From: a virus | Length of the DNA: 64,000 nt | IMG/VR virus record: IMGVR_UViG_3300034103_001746 | Coordinates: 64,001 to 128,000 of that record | Strand: one strand, 5' to 3' | Part shown: piece by piece, positions 51,437 to 61,835 of the stretch | Layout: each line of letters begins with the position of its first letter | Position numbering within the stretch: the stretch's first letter is position 1 | Program-made: the position numbers and the translations under genes | Notes under the pieces: generated by a model | The model's input: the letters and a program-made list of their open reading frames with translations, nothing else | What the model was told of the DNA's origin: nothing | Databases searched by the model: none

Positions 51437-52138
51437 CTATTGTAGTTGGTTGATATCAAAATTTAAGTCGAGAAAATCCGACTTTAAAGAACGATTGATA
51501 CCTTTATTTAATTCAACCGAAATAACTTTTGTAGGCCAATTTAAAAAATTTATTATAATATTTGCGATTTCATATTTTGTATATGTGATATTACCAAATA
51601 AATGATATAGTCCGGTACTATTATTTTCTAAAAGTTTTTTTGTTTCGATTGCTACTTGTTTAGCCGTCAAGCCATTCCAGTAATAATTACTATAGCCACA
51701 GAACTCTTTGTCGCAAGATAGTTTTTGTACGAATTCACTTCTAATATCCAAAAACGATGTTCTTATAACTGTGGCGTTTGTATTGTTTAACAAATATTCT
51801 GAGCCCATGCTTTTGGTAACACCATACTGATTAGTAGGACAAACAATATCGTTTTTAGTATATTGCTGTCCAAGAGTCTTAAAACCAGAAAATACCGCAT
51901 CTGTGCAAAAATGAATAAGCTTATCAGAATGTTTAGAAAGAAAATTTGGTAATTCTATATTAACTACTGGATCACCGGTTTTGTCTACTGCACAATTAAT
52001 AATTGTAGAATATGATTTTTTCTTAATAAGATCTATAAATTCTACAGATGGAAACTTAAAATTTATTGTTTCACAATCTATAATAGATCTAATCCTAGAT
52101 CCTAAGATACCATTATGACCAATTAACAAAGGTATCAT
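51437..52138 (-). CDS. RmlD-like NDP-4-keto-6-deoxyhexose reductase
   Basis: GHNGILG, IINCA, TDAVFSG, YGVTK. Confidence 0.8.
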   Translation of the reverse strand: MIPLLIGHNGILGSRIRSIIDCETINFKFPSVEFIDLIKKKSYSTIINCAVDKTGDPVVNIELPNFLSKHSDKLIHFCTDAVFSGFKTLGQQYTKNDIVCPTNQYGVTKSMGSEYLLNNTNATVIRTSFLDIRSEFVQKLSCDKEFCGYSNYYWNGLTAKQVAIETKKLLENNSTGLYHLFGNITYTKYEIANIIINFLNWPTKVISVELNKGINRSLKSDFLDLNFDINQLQ

Positions 52139-53061
52139 ACTAAAGCTAATTCTTTTAAGTAGTTGAATAGTTCTTGTTTTGAGACTTTATTATGTTCACT
52201 AGAATATACGTCTGTAACTGCTGGACTATTACATACAACATTTGGACTAATAAGAATATAATTATTATCTAGTTTTGTTCTTGGCGCCTCTTCTTTTCCT
52301 ATCATTAGTTCGTGTATTTTTTCGCCAACTCTTGGTTGAGATAATGTATATTGTAGCCCATGGGTTTCTTTATAAAGATCGAATAAATCTTTCACTAGAA
52401 AAGACTTGAGTTGAGGTACAACAACAGCACTAGTAGCATTTAATAAACTATATATTACTAAATCTACAGCTTCAGATTCTGTAATCATAAATCGTGTCAT
52501 AATATCAGAATATAATGTTAAACTTTGTTTACTATTAATACTATGCTTGATTAATGGAATAATAGAACCAGTTGAATTAGTAACGTTCCCATATCTACAT
52601 GCAGATAACATAACATGTGATTTATTAACAATAAAAGATTGTTCTGCCGTATATTTACAAGAACCATAAATAGTGGTCGCCTCACATGCTTTATCAGTAG
52701 ATATAAAACAAGCAGACTCAAAATTATTATCTTCAGCAGATAGCCTTGAATTTATAGCACCAATGCAGATAGTATTTATTGCTTCTATTGGATTTTCATC
52801 ACAAGCAGAAATTTGTTTTAAACTAGCGGTAAAAATTCCTAGATCATGATTTTTAGCAGATCGTCTGAGCCTGTCGGCGTCAACAATACTACCAACTACA
52901 CAATCAATATTTGGATATTCTTTTTTCAGAAAATAATGTTTTGCTTCATCTCTACTATAGATAGTAATATGATTGTTAGGATAAAGTCTTTTAATTAACG
53001 CTTTTCCTAAAAATCCAGCACCACCGGTAATAAATATTCTCTTATTAATTATTGTGTCCAT
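52135..53061 (-). CDS. UDP-GlcNAc 4,6-dehydratase (PseB/FnlA/CapD family)
   Basis: ITGGAGFLG, SRDEAK, STDKA, YGSCK, RYGNV, GEKIHE. Confidence 0.87.
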   Translation of the reverse strand: MDTIINKRIFITGGAGFLGKALIKRLYPNNHITIYSRDEAKHYFLKKEYPNIDCVVGSIVDADRLRRSAKNHDLGIFTASLKQISACDENPIEAINTICIGAINSRLSAEDNNFESACFISTDKACEATTIYGSCKYTAEQSFIVNKSHVMLSACRYGNVTNSTGSIIPLIKHSINSKQSLTLYSDIMTRFMITESEAVDLVIYSLLNATSAVVVPQLKSFLVKDLFDLYKETHGLQYTLSQPRVGEKIHELMIGKEEAPRTKLDNNYILISPNVVCNSPAVTDVYSSEHNKVSKQELFNYLKELALV

Positions 53062-54266
53062 ATAGTTTTAATATTAGGGAGAGGGATTATCCATTTAGCC
53101 TTTAACGCTTCGTGTTTTTTTGATATTTCATTAAAGAAGGTATATGCTAAACACAATATATAATCTGGTTTATGTTCATATAAAAAACTAGACGGTTTAA
53201 TTGGAATCAAACCGCTAGATGTGAATTTGCCAATTTTAAGAGGGGAATCGTCAATGATAAATGGAACTAAACTACTATCTATCCCATAGAAAGATAAAAA
53301 TGTATTAGCTTGACCAGATGCTCCATAGGCTACAATTTTTTGCCCACATTGCTTTAGACTTTGTAACATTTGTTTAGTTTGATCTCTTAAGATTAAAATT
53401 CTTTGGCCAAAATTATCAAATGTAGCAGCGGAGTAAAGTCCCATATCTTTTTCTTCATTTTCTAGATCAACAACAGATTGTTCTATAATTCTAGCCCCTT
53501 TTTTACAACAATAATATCTAATACTTCCTCCGTGCGTGGGTATGTGTTCCACTTTATAAACATCTATATTCACAAGATTTAATAAAAATCTGAAACTCTT
53601 TAAACTATAATAGAAAATATGTTCATGGTAAATAAACGGAAATTGTAGATTTTTAATTAACGACCCAAGCCAATGTACTTCACATATGAAAACGCTTGAT
53701 GTGTCTGTTAAAAGTGTTTCGACGCCTTCTGCTACTCCTAATATATCGGATATATGAGCAAAACAATTACTAGTATAAACAATATCTATATGAGGATTAT
53801 CTGCTATAATGGCTTTAGCAATATCTTTGTTAAAAAATGTATTGATTAAACTAAGACCATTATTTGTATTTAATGACACAAACTCTCTTTGAGCAACATC
53901 GCTAGGATCAACTCCTATAATTCTGTCGCTATCATTTAGAAAATTTTTCAAAAAGGTAAAATCATTGGAACCTATTTCTACAATAGTGTTGTGTTTAAAG
54001 TTTTTTTTTATAGAAGTAGCGCATACATCAAAATGGTCTACGAGCGTTTTTATTGCTCCTGTTTTATACATATATTCATTAAATAGTTTACCGGGAGGAA
54101 TGTCTTCCGCTACCTGTACCAAACCAGAATCTTCGCAAAACTCTACAGTAATAGGGAAGTGCTCATTAGGAGAATTGATGTCAGATAAAAAAGATCCTGC
54201 TAGTGGCATACTAAAGGACATGAAGCTTTTTGTGGGTTTTTTAGAAATTCTACAAATTCCAGTCAT
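53049..54266 (-). CDS. NDP-hexose C-methyltransferase
   Basis: MPLAGSF, EIGSND, GVDPS, IYHEHIFYYS, THGGSIR, YGASGQA; N-terminal Zn site degenerate (CRIS, CEDS). Confidence 0.85.
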   Translation of the reverse strand: MTGICRISKKPTKSFMSFSMPLAGSFLSDINSPNEHFPITVEFCEDSGLVQVAEDIPPGKLFNEYMYKTGAIKTLVDHFDVCATSIKKNFKHNTIVEIGSNDFTFLKNFLNDSDRIIGVDPSDVAQREFVSLNTNNGLSLINTFFNKDIAKAIIADNPHIDIVYTSNCFAHISDILGVAEGVETLLTDTSSVFICEVHWLGSLIKNLQFPFIYHEHIFYYSLKSFRFLLNLVNIDVYKVEHIPTHGGSIRYYCCKKGARIIEQSVVDLENEEKDMGLYSAATFDNFGQRILILRDQTKQMLQSLKQCGQKIVAYGASGQANTFLSFYGIDSSLVPFIIDDSPLKIGKFTSSGLIPIKPSSFLYEHKPDYILCLAYTFFNEISKKHEALKAKWIIPLPNIKTIWTQ

Positions 54267-55711
54267 ACTTCACTCCCATAATTAATTTTTTGTCTAAATT
54301 CTATTATATTCATATTTGTATACTTAATGAATAGGTCTTGATTATGATTTTGTTGCCTATAATGATGAGAAAGTTTTTTCATAGTTCCGCTTGATAAATG
54401 AAAGACGAAAGAATTATTAGAACATATAAATTTATATGCATTATTAAATTTCCATAATTCATAAGCAAACATATCGTCTCTTCCATAGCCACTTAAAAAA
54501 TTTCTATCCCAATTTCCTGAATAACCTCCAATATTTAAGAAATCTTTAGATTTAACCATAATAGGATGATTGTAACTAATAATTTTCTTATATGTTTTAT
54601 ATTTTAGATTATCATAATTTTTATGAAATTGTTGAATATAAAAATCATCATATTTACTTAAAGAAGTGTCAACCACCACACACAGATTGTTGCTATTAAA
54701 ATTTTCTATTAAACCACACGAAGCGGAACAGGGATAGTTACTGTCTATAATATTGATCAGATCAGAAATAAAATCTCCATGATATATCATATCATCATTA
54801 GTATTTAAGAAATATTCACTTTGTTCAATAAAAGGCTTTAGAAAATCAATTGCTAACGGGCCCCCGTTTTTATTATTACATACAAAGGGTATTCCAAGAT
54901 TATATAAATAGTTTATAGACTCAGGATCCGGCTCATTTAATACTACTGCTATACCATCTTTTTCATGATCGATGCACGACAAAATTGAGTCGATGCAAGA
55001 CTTTAAAAGATAAAAATTATTCCAAGAACATAAACCAATTAAAACTCTATATTTTTGTATAGATATAGGATTTGATATTTTTTTAGCTATTTGATCATAA
55101 AAAGTATTCTGTTCTCTTTGCCTATTGATTTCTTTGTGATGTGTAATAGCTAAAAATTCATTCTCTGTGATAGCACCGTAGTTTTCATATCCCTGTAGAG
55201 TTTCATGAACATCACCCTGCCATAATATTTTTTTATTATTTTTATATAGTCTGGGTTGAAAATCTGGCCAGTTAATCCATCCCCTCTCATTAACTCTCCA
55301 AGACCATTTTTGTATATCGTCTTCTGTTATTCCTTCTACAGTATTTATTCTAGGAAATAAATATAGATCTAGATCATTTTCTTTTAGAATTTGTCTAATA
55401 ATTGGAAAAGCTTCGTCTTTTAAGTTTTCATCAGCATCTAAATTTAGAATATATGTTTTAGTAGCTAAGGATGTGAGATAGTTTTTAAGTTTAGCAAATT
55501 TACCATCAAACCTATATTCATAGGGGATAATATTATTATTTTTTAGATAATTATAAATATCTTGATACCATTGGGTATTTTTTTCAGATTCATCTTTGTG
55601 AGTTTGAACAACAACTATTTCTTCATCTTCTTGTTTTGCTGCTAAGATTGTATTTATTAATTGTTGAATATAGTCTACTTCATTGTAAACTGTAATGCAG
55701 TATGAAATCAT
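54263..55711 (-). CDS. Two-domain glycosyltransferase family 2
   Basis: ISYCITVYNE, LDADE, PDFQPR, VHE; second domain NTNDDM...GGY...YGRDD. Confidence 0.82.
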   Translation of the reverse strand: MISYCITVYNEVDYIQQLINTILAAKQEDEEIVVVQTHKDESEKNTQWYQDIYNYLKNNNIIPYEYRFDGKFAKLKNYLTSLATKTYILNLDADENLKDEAFPIIRQILKENDLDLYLFPRINTVEGITEDDIQKWSWRVNERGWINWPDFQPRLYKNNKKILWQGDVHETLQGYENYGAITENEFLAITHHKEINRQREQNTFYDQIAKKISNPISIQKYRVLIGLCSWNNFYLLKSCIDSILSCIDHEKDGIAVVLNEPDPESINYLYNLGIPFVCNNKNGGPLAIDFLKPFIEQSEYFLNTNDDMIYHGDFISDLINIIDSNYPCSASCGLIENFNSNNLCVVVDTSLSKYDDFYIQQFHKNYDNLKYKTYKKIISYNHPIMVKSKDFLNIGGYSGNWDRNFLSGYGRDDMFAYELWKFNNAYKFICSNNSFVFHLSSGTMKKLSHHYRQQNHNQDLFIKYTNMNIIEFRQKINYGSEV

Positions 55712-55739
55712 AGTTTATTTTCTAAAATCATTAAAGATA

Positions 55740-56435
55740 TTATTTGACAATATAACAACCTGGTGGTAGACCTGTCTCATCGTCGGCATACTTATTCCCC
55801 ATAGTTAGAACCTGTTTGGTATTTGGATGTATAACAGTTAACGGGCGTCCAATTTCTGTAAAGAATGTTATCATTGCATCAAAAGTTTCTCTCAGTCCAG
55901 AATCATCAAATATTATATATCCTCCTTTTATCACCTTATCATATAAATTATAGAGAACCTCTAATACAGCGGAGTAGGAGTCAACGTCTATGCGTAATAA
56001 AGATATCTGTTGAATATCTAAATTCTTGGTTGTATCTCTGACAAATCCCTTTACAATAGAAATGCGCTTTTTATTAATATCGGAATCCAAACCATAAAGC
56101 TTAAAGTTATTTAATGTCTCGTTGTAAGGTATTCCTATGGGTCCAACCATATTAGCAGTGAAAGAAGGTATGTGTCTTTCTGTTTTAGAATAGGAATATA
56201 TGGCATCGTTAATATTTTGAAAACCTTCAAAGGAATCCAGTACCCATATCTTTTTATGTGGAAACAATTTTGATAGAAAAATAGAAAATCCTCCTCGCCA
56301 ACACCCGCATTCTATAATATCTCCATCTAATTGGTCTATTACATCTTTTTGCTGTAAAACAGTATCAAAATTATTTTTATATACCATAGAAATTTTTTGA
56401 GATATTAAATTATCTATTAATTCATTGATTTCCAT
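55740..56435 (-). CDS. TylF/MycF/NovP-family sugar O-methyltransferase
   Basis: GDIIECGCWRGG, DSFEG, RIDVDSY, GGYIIFDD. Confidence 0.87.
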   Translation of the reverse strand: MEINELIDNLISQKISMVYKNNFDTVLQQKDVIDQLDGDIIECGCWRGGFSIFLSKLFPHKKIWVLDSFEGFQNINDAIYSYSKTERHIPSFTANMVGPIGIPYNETLNNFKLYGLDSDINKKRISIVKGFVRDTTKNLDIQQISLLRIDVDSYSAVLEVLYNLYDKVIKGGYIIFDDSGLRETFDAMITFFTEIGRPLTVIHPNTKQVLTMGNKYADDETGLPPGCYIVK

Positions 56436-56455
56436 ATAAAATATTTCCTTTTTAT

Positions 56456-56917
56456 TTAATTAATATTTTTTAACCAAGTTAAGTCAGGATTAACATATTC
56501 AATTTTCATTCCACTCATTTTAACGAATAGATCAAAGCGTTTTTGGTGTTCTTCATCAAACAAGTGTGTACCATGTCCTTCACACATATATACTTGAGTA
56601 ACACCTTCTTGCCATAAGGCCATAATACAATCATTACAACATTGGCCAGTTACATACGCTATTCCGTTGTCTGGTCTAATCACACAGTTTGATAGAGCAT
56701 TTCTTTCAGCGTGGATCATCCACGGATATTTGTCTGGTCTAGTATTTGGTAATTGACTGTCATCTAATCCTTTTGGAAAGCCGTTGTAGCCAACGCCCAA
56801 TATTCTATGATTAGTATCTGTGATAATACAGCCGTGCTGTGTTTGAGAATCATGACTCCTCAAAGAGACAACTTTAGCCAAACCTATAAAATATTCGTTC
56901 CATGATGGTCTATTCAT
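56456..56917 (-). CDS. dCMP deaminase
   Basis: RPSWNEYF, GYNGFP, HAERNA, CCNDC. Confidence 0.9.
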   Translation of the reverse strand: MNRPSWNEYFIGLAKVVSLRSHDSQTQHGCIITDTNHRILGVGYNGFPKGLDDSQLPNTRPDKYPWMIHAERNALSNCVIRPDNGIAYVTGQCCNDCIMALWQEGVTQVYMCEGHGTHLFDEEHQKRFDLFVKMSGMKIEYVNPDLTWLKNIN

Positions 56918-56922
56918 GACAT

Positions 56923-56950
56923 ATTATATCGAGCGCGACGCATAGTGCAA
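56923..56950 (-). promoter_or_regulatory. Sigma70-type promoter (TTGCAC-16 bp-TATAAT), probably leaderless, for dCMP deaminase
   Basis: -35 at 56950-56945, -10 at 56928-56923, ATG 5 nt downstream, no SD. Confidence 0.65.
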
Positions 56951-56959
56951 GTTGGGTTG

Positions 56960-59900
56960 TTAACAGCCACAACCGCTACAGGCGCCCACTACCGTTCCAT
57001 AATTACACGAGCTTTCATCAAATGTAGCATCGCCATTCACCGTACCATAATTATATGATCCATTAGAAAAAGTTGCATTGCCATTCACCGTACCATAATA
57101 ATTATTAGATGCATTGAAGGTGGCATTAGTATTAATAGTACCATAATTAGTAGAGTTTATAAATAATCCACTATTAACAGAACCATTATTTGAAGAAGTT
57201 ATAAAAATACCAACGTTAGTTACTGATCCATTGTTAGAACTATAAGATGTAAAAGTGCCAGTTTGAACAACTGTACCTTCGTTTGTACTAGTATTAAAAG
57301 TGACATTACCACCAATATTATTGTAATTAACAGAATAAGAATTAAAAGAGGCGTTTCCGTTAATATAGCCATAATTACTAGCATTATTAAAAGATATATC
57401 TGTGCCTAAATTACCATAATTTGCACAACCGGGTCCAAAGGTCACTGTTCCAGTAATAGTCCCAGAGTTAATGGCCTGATTAGTAAAAGAATGACCACTA
57501 CCATTTAATGTACCAAAATTAATAGCATTATTAAAAGATGAAGTTTTATGAATAACACCCCTATTAGAAGCAGGAGGAATTACGATATATGTTGATGTAT
57601 CATTATTCCATATATAATTATATGATCCATTAAAAGAAGCAGTACCGGATATATGTCCATTATTTATACTTTGGTCTTGAAATGATAAAGAAACCCCGCT
57701 GAATGGTATATCTGAATTATTAATAGATTCATTATAAAAAGTTCCTCCAGATATTTTAGCATTATTAACACTATAATTATAAAAAGATGTTGATGGTAAC
57801 AAACCGGTAGCATTATTAATTCCTGAATTTCTAAATGTAGATACTGATGAGTACGATCCTCTATTTATTGCATTATTATAAAATGTTCCTTGATTGATTC
57901 GCCCATAATTAATGCTGTTATTATAAAAGTTAACATTACCTGCTATTCCAGAAAAATTATTCTGACTAGAGTTATAAAAAGTGGCGTCTTGTATTACCCC
58001 ATTATTTTTAGAGTCTGAATAAAAAGTGCTGTTACCCAAACAAACACCACTATAATCATTAGATGACGATTCACGAAACACAACTACGCAAGATAGCCCT
58101 GAAGACTGATTCATAGAATTACCAGAAAATTCTACAGAAGATGTTACATTACCGATATTAATACTATTATCAAAAAAATAAGCTATACTGCCTGTGCCAT
58201 GATTTTTACTGTTATTATAAAATTTACTATTATAGAAAGAACCTTTATTAGTACTAGAATTTTGATAAAATCCGTATGTTACAGATCCGGAGTTGGTTGA
58301 AGAATTATTAAAATATCCACTATACGATATAAAACTAGTATTAATTGACAAGTCATTAAAAATTCCGTTTGATATATTGCTGTAGTTAAAAGTAGCGTTT
58401 TGAAAGTATCCTGTAGTACTAATAGTCCCAGAGTTTATAGTATTATTTTGAAATATTCCTTTGTTTATAGTTCCTTGATTTACGCTATTGTCTTTAAAAA
58501 TCAAATATCCACTACTTGAAACATTAATATTAGCTGCGTTCTTTGCAAACTTTTGAAATGTAATATCGAATATAGATATATTCGCATTATTTGTGGAGGT
58601 ATCAGAAAAAGTAGCTTTACCAGTTAAGGGACCACTGTTAACACCAGACACAGTAAAAACTGTTACACCACTCACGCTACCGTTATTATTAGAGTTATTA
58701 AAAGCATGAGTACCCGATATGATACTACCATTATTAGTAGAATTATTAAAATTTGTACTTTTAGTAATAGTGCTATTATTAATGCTTTGATTATTAAAAT
58801 CTGCTGACCCATCAATACTGCCATTATTTGTACCACTACTAAAAATACATTGACCACTTACACTAGCATTATTTGTAGCATTAACAAATTGACCATATCC
58901 TTGAATGATCCCACCGTTTTGGCCACTAATCATATACAGATTTCCAATAATTCTTCCAGCGTTATTAGATTTATAAAACTTGACTGAGCCGGATATAGAT
59001 CCATTATTAGAAGAGTCTATAAATAAACTATTTCCATAAATAATATTGTTATTCAGAGAAGAGCTTCCACTAAAAATAGATAAAGCCCCTGAAATAATGC
59101 CATTATTTACAGAGTTTAAAAAAAGACTTGTGGTATTAATAATACCATTATTGACTGCTGAACCGCTAAAAATAGTGTTTCCATATAATTTACCATTTAC
59201 TGAGTTAATAGAATTAGATATAAATAATGTTTCAGAAAAACAATATCCATTATTTGTAGAAGCATTTTCAAATCTAGCCTCATTTGTTATAGTCCCATAA
59301 TTAATAGAATTCAATAAAGTAGTTTTAGCAGATATGGTGCCATAATTATTTGACGAGGATAATAAGGCCGATGGGGCCGTGAGTGAGCACCCAGACGCTA
59401 TATTAGAATCAAAAAAATATGCTCCGGGTGGAATACTTTTTAAAAAATTTGGATCATCACTTCCATTATCGGTCTGTGCGGAATTAGGGTATATCGAAGA
59501 ACTTTCCGAGCTTCTAATATTAATATTAATTAATATTCCAGAAATATTTAACTCTTGATTATATGTTTTAAAAGAGCTATTTTGAAAAAATAATCTTTTA
59601 TTAAGATTAATATTTAATAAAGGAGATATTAAGCCTTGAGAACCTATTATACCATTGGTAACAAGTAGATTATTAGTTGTAATATTTCCAAAAGAGAAAG
59701 GAACCCTATCCTCCGGCCGATTTGTATCTGCACCAAATATTATTAGAGTGTTTTTTACTTTGATAGATTTAAGACCCAACAATCCGATGGAAGATTTACT
59801 AAAACATGAATTCGTTTGTGCCATAACACTAGCGTCAATAGTAATTACGCTAGGTTTACTAATCACAATATCTGTTTTATTACTGGGAAGATTTTTACTA

Positions 59901-59974
59901 TTAATTTCTAAAGAGCCATCCTCAAACCACTTAGATAAGTCGCACCAGACATTTCTTGAAAGAGGATTGCTCAT
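56960..59974 (-). CDS. Asn/Ser/Gly-rich beta-solenoid repeat protein
   Basis: Dozens of tandem repeats of about 14-17 aa, F-x-N-x-S-x-N-x-G-x-(I/V); ends CSGCGC. Confidence 0.8.
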   Translation of the reverse strand: MSNPLSRNVWCDLSKWFEDGSLEINSKNLPSNKTDIVISKPSVITIDASVMAQTNSCFSKSSIGLLGLKSIKVKNTLIIFGADTNRPEDRVPFSFGNITTNNLLVTNGIIGSQGLISPLLNINLNKRLFFQNSSFKTYNQELNISGILININIRSSESSSIYPNSAQTDNGSDDPNFLKSIPPGAYFFDSNIASGCSLTAPSALLSSSNNYGTISAKTTLLNSINYGTITNEARFENASTNNGYCFSETLFISNSINSVNGKLYGNTIFSGSAVNNGIINTTSLFLNSVNNGIISGALSIFSGSSSLNNNIIYGNSLFIDSSNNGSISGSVKFYKSNNAGRIIGNLYMISGQNGGIIQGYGQFVNATNNASVSGQCIFSSGTNNGSIDGSADFNNQSINNSTITKSTNFNNSTNNGSIISGTHAFNNSNNNGSVSGVTVFTVSGVNSGPLTGKATFSDTSTNNANISIFDITFQKFAKNAANINVSSSGYLIFKDNSVNQGTINKGIFQNNTINSGTISTTGYFQNATFNYSNISNGIFNDLSINTSFISYSGYFNNSSTNSGSVTYGFYQNSSTNKGSFYNSKFYNNSKNHGTGSIAYFFDNSINIGNVTSSVEFSGNSMNQSSGLSCVVVFRESSSNDYSGVCLGNSTFYSDSKNNGVIQDATFYNSSQNNFSGIAGNVNFYNNSINYGRINQGTFYNNAINRGSYSSVSTFRNSGINNATGLLPSTSFYNYSVNNAKISGGTFYNESINNSDIPFSGVSLSFQDQSINNGHISGTASFNGSYNYIWNNDTSTYIVIPPASNRGVIHKTSSFNNAINFGTLNGSGHSFTNQAINSGTITGTVTFGPGCANYGNLGTDISFNNASNYGYINGNASFNSYSVNYNNIGGNVTFNTSTNEGTVVQTGTFTSYSSNNGSVTNVGIFITSSNNGSVNSGLFINSTNYGTINTNATFNASNNYYGTVNGNATFSNGSYNYGTVNGDATFDESSCNYGTVVGACSGCGC

Positions 59975-61584
59975 TATGTATTACCGTCAAAAAATAATTT
60001 AAGTTTGGGCTCATATGTATTTTCTCTAGCCTTATAAAATTGTGTATAATCTAAATCCTGTTTGGGGAATCCTTCTGTCATAGATAAAGCAAACACCATT
60101 CCCATAGCATGTTGTTTAGTAGCACATCCCCATGGAGAACACGCCGTATCATCCACACACGGATCATTATTAGGGTCGTTTGGATTGGACACAGAAGTTT
60201 TTCTTCTACAATTAACTTTATCGACTCTATATAAATTTAACATACATTGTAGATGACTCTCTGTTACTAAAAATGATCCGTCAGGAATTGGGCCCCAAGA
60301 AGGATGTCCTCCGTCGTTCCATTTTCCCCAACTATTTGCTAATAAGTATACACACTCAGTATAATCTACTTTTCTATCATCATACCCAATAATAGCATAA
60401 GAATGATACCATATTCTATCTGGATATGAAACACCACCAGAGTCTCGGATATTTGGAAAACCAACATTAGTCATTAGTATTACTCCATAACCATTATATA
60501 TTAAATCTTTAATAGACTGTAATACATTCGATGTGTTTGTGAACTGAATTATTGATATAGTTCTTACTCTATCAATAGTTTCTACTGGTTTTCCTAAATA
60601 ATCAACATTTTTTGATTTTTCATATTTATTAGTTTTATAGTCATAATTATTAATTGTTTGAAAATATTTTAAAAGTATATCTCCGGGACAGCTATAAAAA
60701 TTAGGACCACTATTATTAATTAAATTAACATATCCACCATATGATTTTCGTTTTAATATCCCTATGTGCCTAAGTGGAAAATCTTCATTTGTTACATTGG
60801 TTGTATCGGTTGTTAATTGAGTATATTCCCAATAACCATAACGAGTACCAGTAATATCTCCACAACACCAGTTCATTTTTTCTGCGCATGATCCGCTAGT
60901 ACAACAATCTTGTTGGTCTGGTGTTATATCTTCCGGATTAGATGTACAAGCTCCGCATGGTGTGCATTCTCTAAATCCAGATTTTTCATTCTGTTTACAT
61001 TCAAATGTTGCTCCTAACGCAGATCCTTCCTTTTTAGGATCAAATTTTGGTAAACAATCTAAATCTCCACATCCTGTTCCTCTATTCATAGAGTCACTTT
61101 CGGGAACTAGGTCTGGTCCTAAGAGCATTAAACAGTCTGTTATATAATTTTGACCAAAATATTGTAAATACTCTGTTGCTCCTCTGTGTTCCCAAGAGGA
61201 TCTAGTGCCAGAAGCCTCAACATAACACGCTCTCATAACATCGCAAGCATTACGAATAGCGTGAGACGTACCACTTTTAATGTCGGGTTGAATCTCTGAA
61301 AAAGCTTCAACATCTATTCTTTGTAAAAACCTAAATGGCAAAGCTAATTTTCTTGATCCTGTATTTAGAATACCGAATGGATCACTATCGCTTGGCTCTA
61401 TTTGTGTATATGGAGCTTTATTAAAACAAGGATATTTTAGTTGTTTTAAAAAATTACTTAATCTAGGTAAATCGTATGGAGTTCCGCGTCCAACATTTTG
61501 TTCAGGACGCCCAACAAAATCTATTACACCCATTTCGCACGGGGATGTGGTGTATTCGTAATAAAGCTCTTTGGGCGTTAACAT
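59974..61584 (-). CDS. Papain-like (C1) protease paralogue lacking the catalytic Cys, with Cys-rich inserts
   Basis: SGTSHAIRNACD aligns with DCVSHGTRNACD of 62752..63675; HSYAIIGYDD and ANSWG are retained. Confidence 0.78.
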   Translation of the reverse strand: MLTPKELYYEYTTSPCEMGVIDFVGRPEQNVGRGTPYDLPRLSNFLKQLKYPCFNKAPYTQIEPSDSDPFGILNTGSRKLALPFRFLQRIDVEAFSEIQPDIKSGTSHAIRNACDVMRACYVEASGTRSSWEHRGATEYLQYFGQNYITDCLMLLGPDLVPESDSMNRGTGCGDLDCLPKFDPKKEGSALGATFECKQNEKSGFRECTPCGACTSNPEDITPDQQDCCTSGSCAEKMNWCCGDITGTRYGYWEYTQLTTDTTNVTNEDFPLRHIGILKRKSYGGYVNLINNSGPNFYSCPGDILLKYFQTINNYDYKTNKYEKSKNVDYLGKPVETIDRVRTISIIQFTNTSNVLQSIKDLIYNGYGVILMTNVGFPNIRDSGGVSYPDRIWYHSYAIIGYDDRKVDYTECVYLLANSWGKWNDGGHPSWGPIPDGSFLVTESHLQCMLNLYRVDKVNCRRKTSVSNPNDPNNDPCVDDTACSPWGCATKQHAMGMVFALSMTEGFPKQDLDYTQFYKARENTYEPKLKLFFDGNT

Positions 61585-61835
61585 TATGCATTTTTAGTCA
61601 GTTTATTATATACTACTAAAGATAAAATTGATCCAGCAACCCCCATAATAATTCCAGCTGGGGACACAGCATCATAGCTTCCTAATAAATAAAGTATGGC
61701 TCCTCCCATATATGAGCCAGCAACTCCCAAAGCTACTGTTTTTACAAAACCAAAATTTTCTTCGCCAGGAACTATACTTTTGGCAATAGACCCTACAAAT
61801 AAGCCATATACACACCACACTAAAATATTAAACAT
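61584..61835 (-). CDS. GlsB/YeaQ/YmgE (transglycosylase-associated) membrane protein
   Basis: GLFVGSIAKSIVPG...LGVAGSYMGG...GVAGS; three Gly-rich TM segments. Confidence 0.8.
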   Translation of the reverse strand: MFNILVWCVYGLFVGSIAKSIVPGEENFGFVKTVALGVAGSYMGGAILYLLGSYDAVSPAGIIMGVAGSILSLVVYNKLTKNA

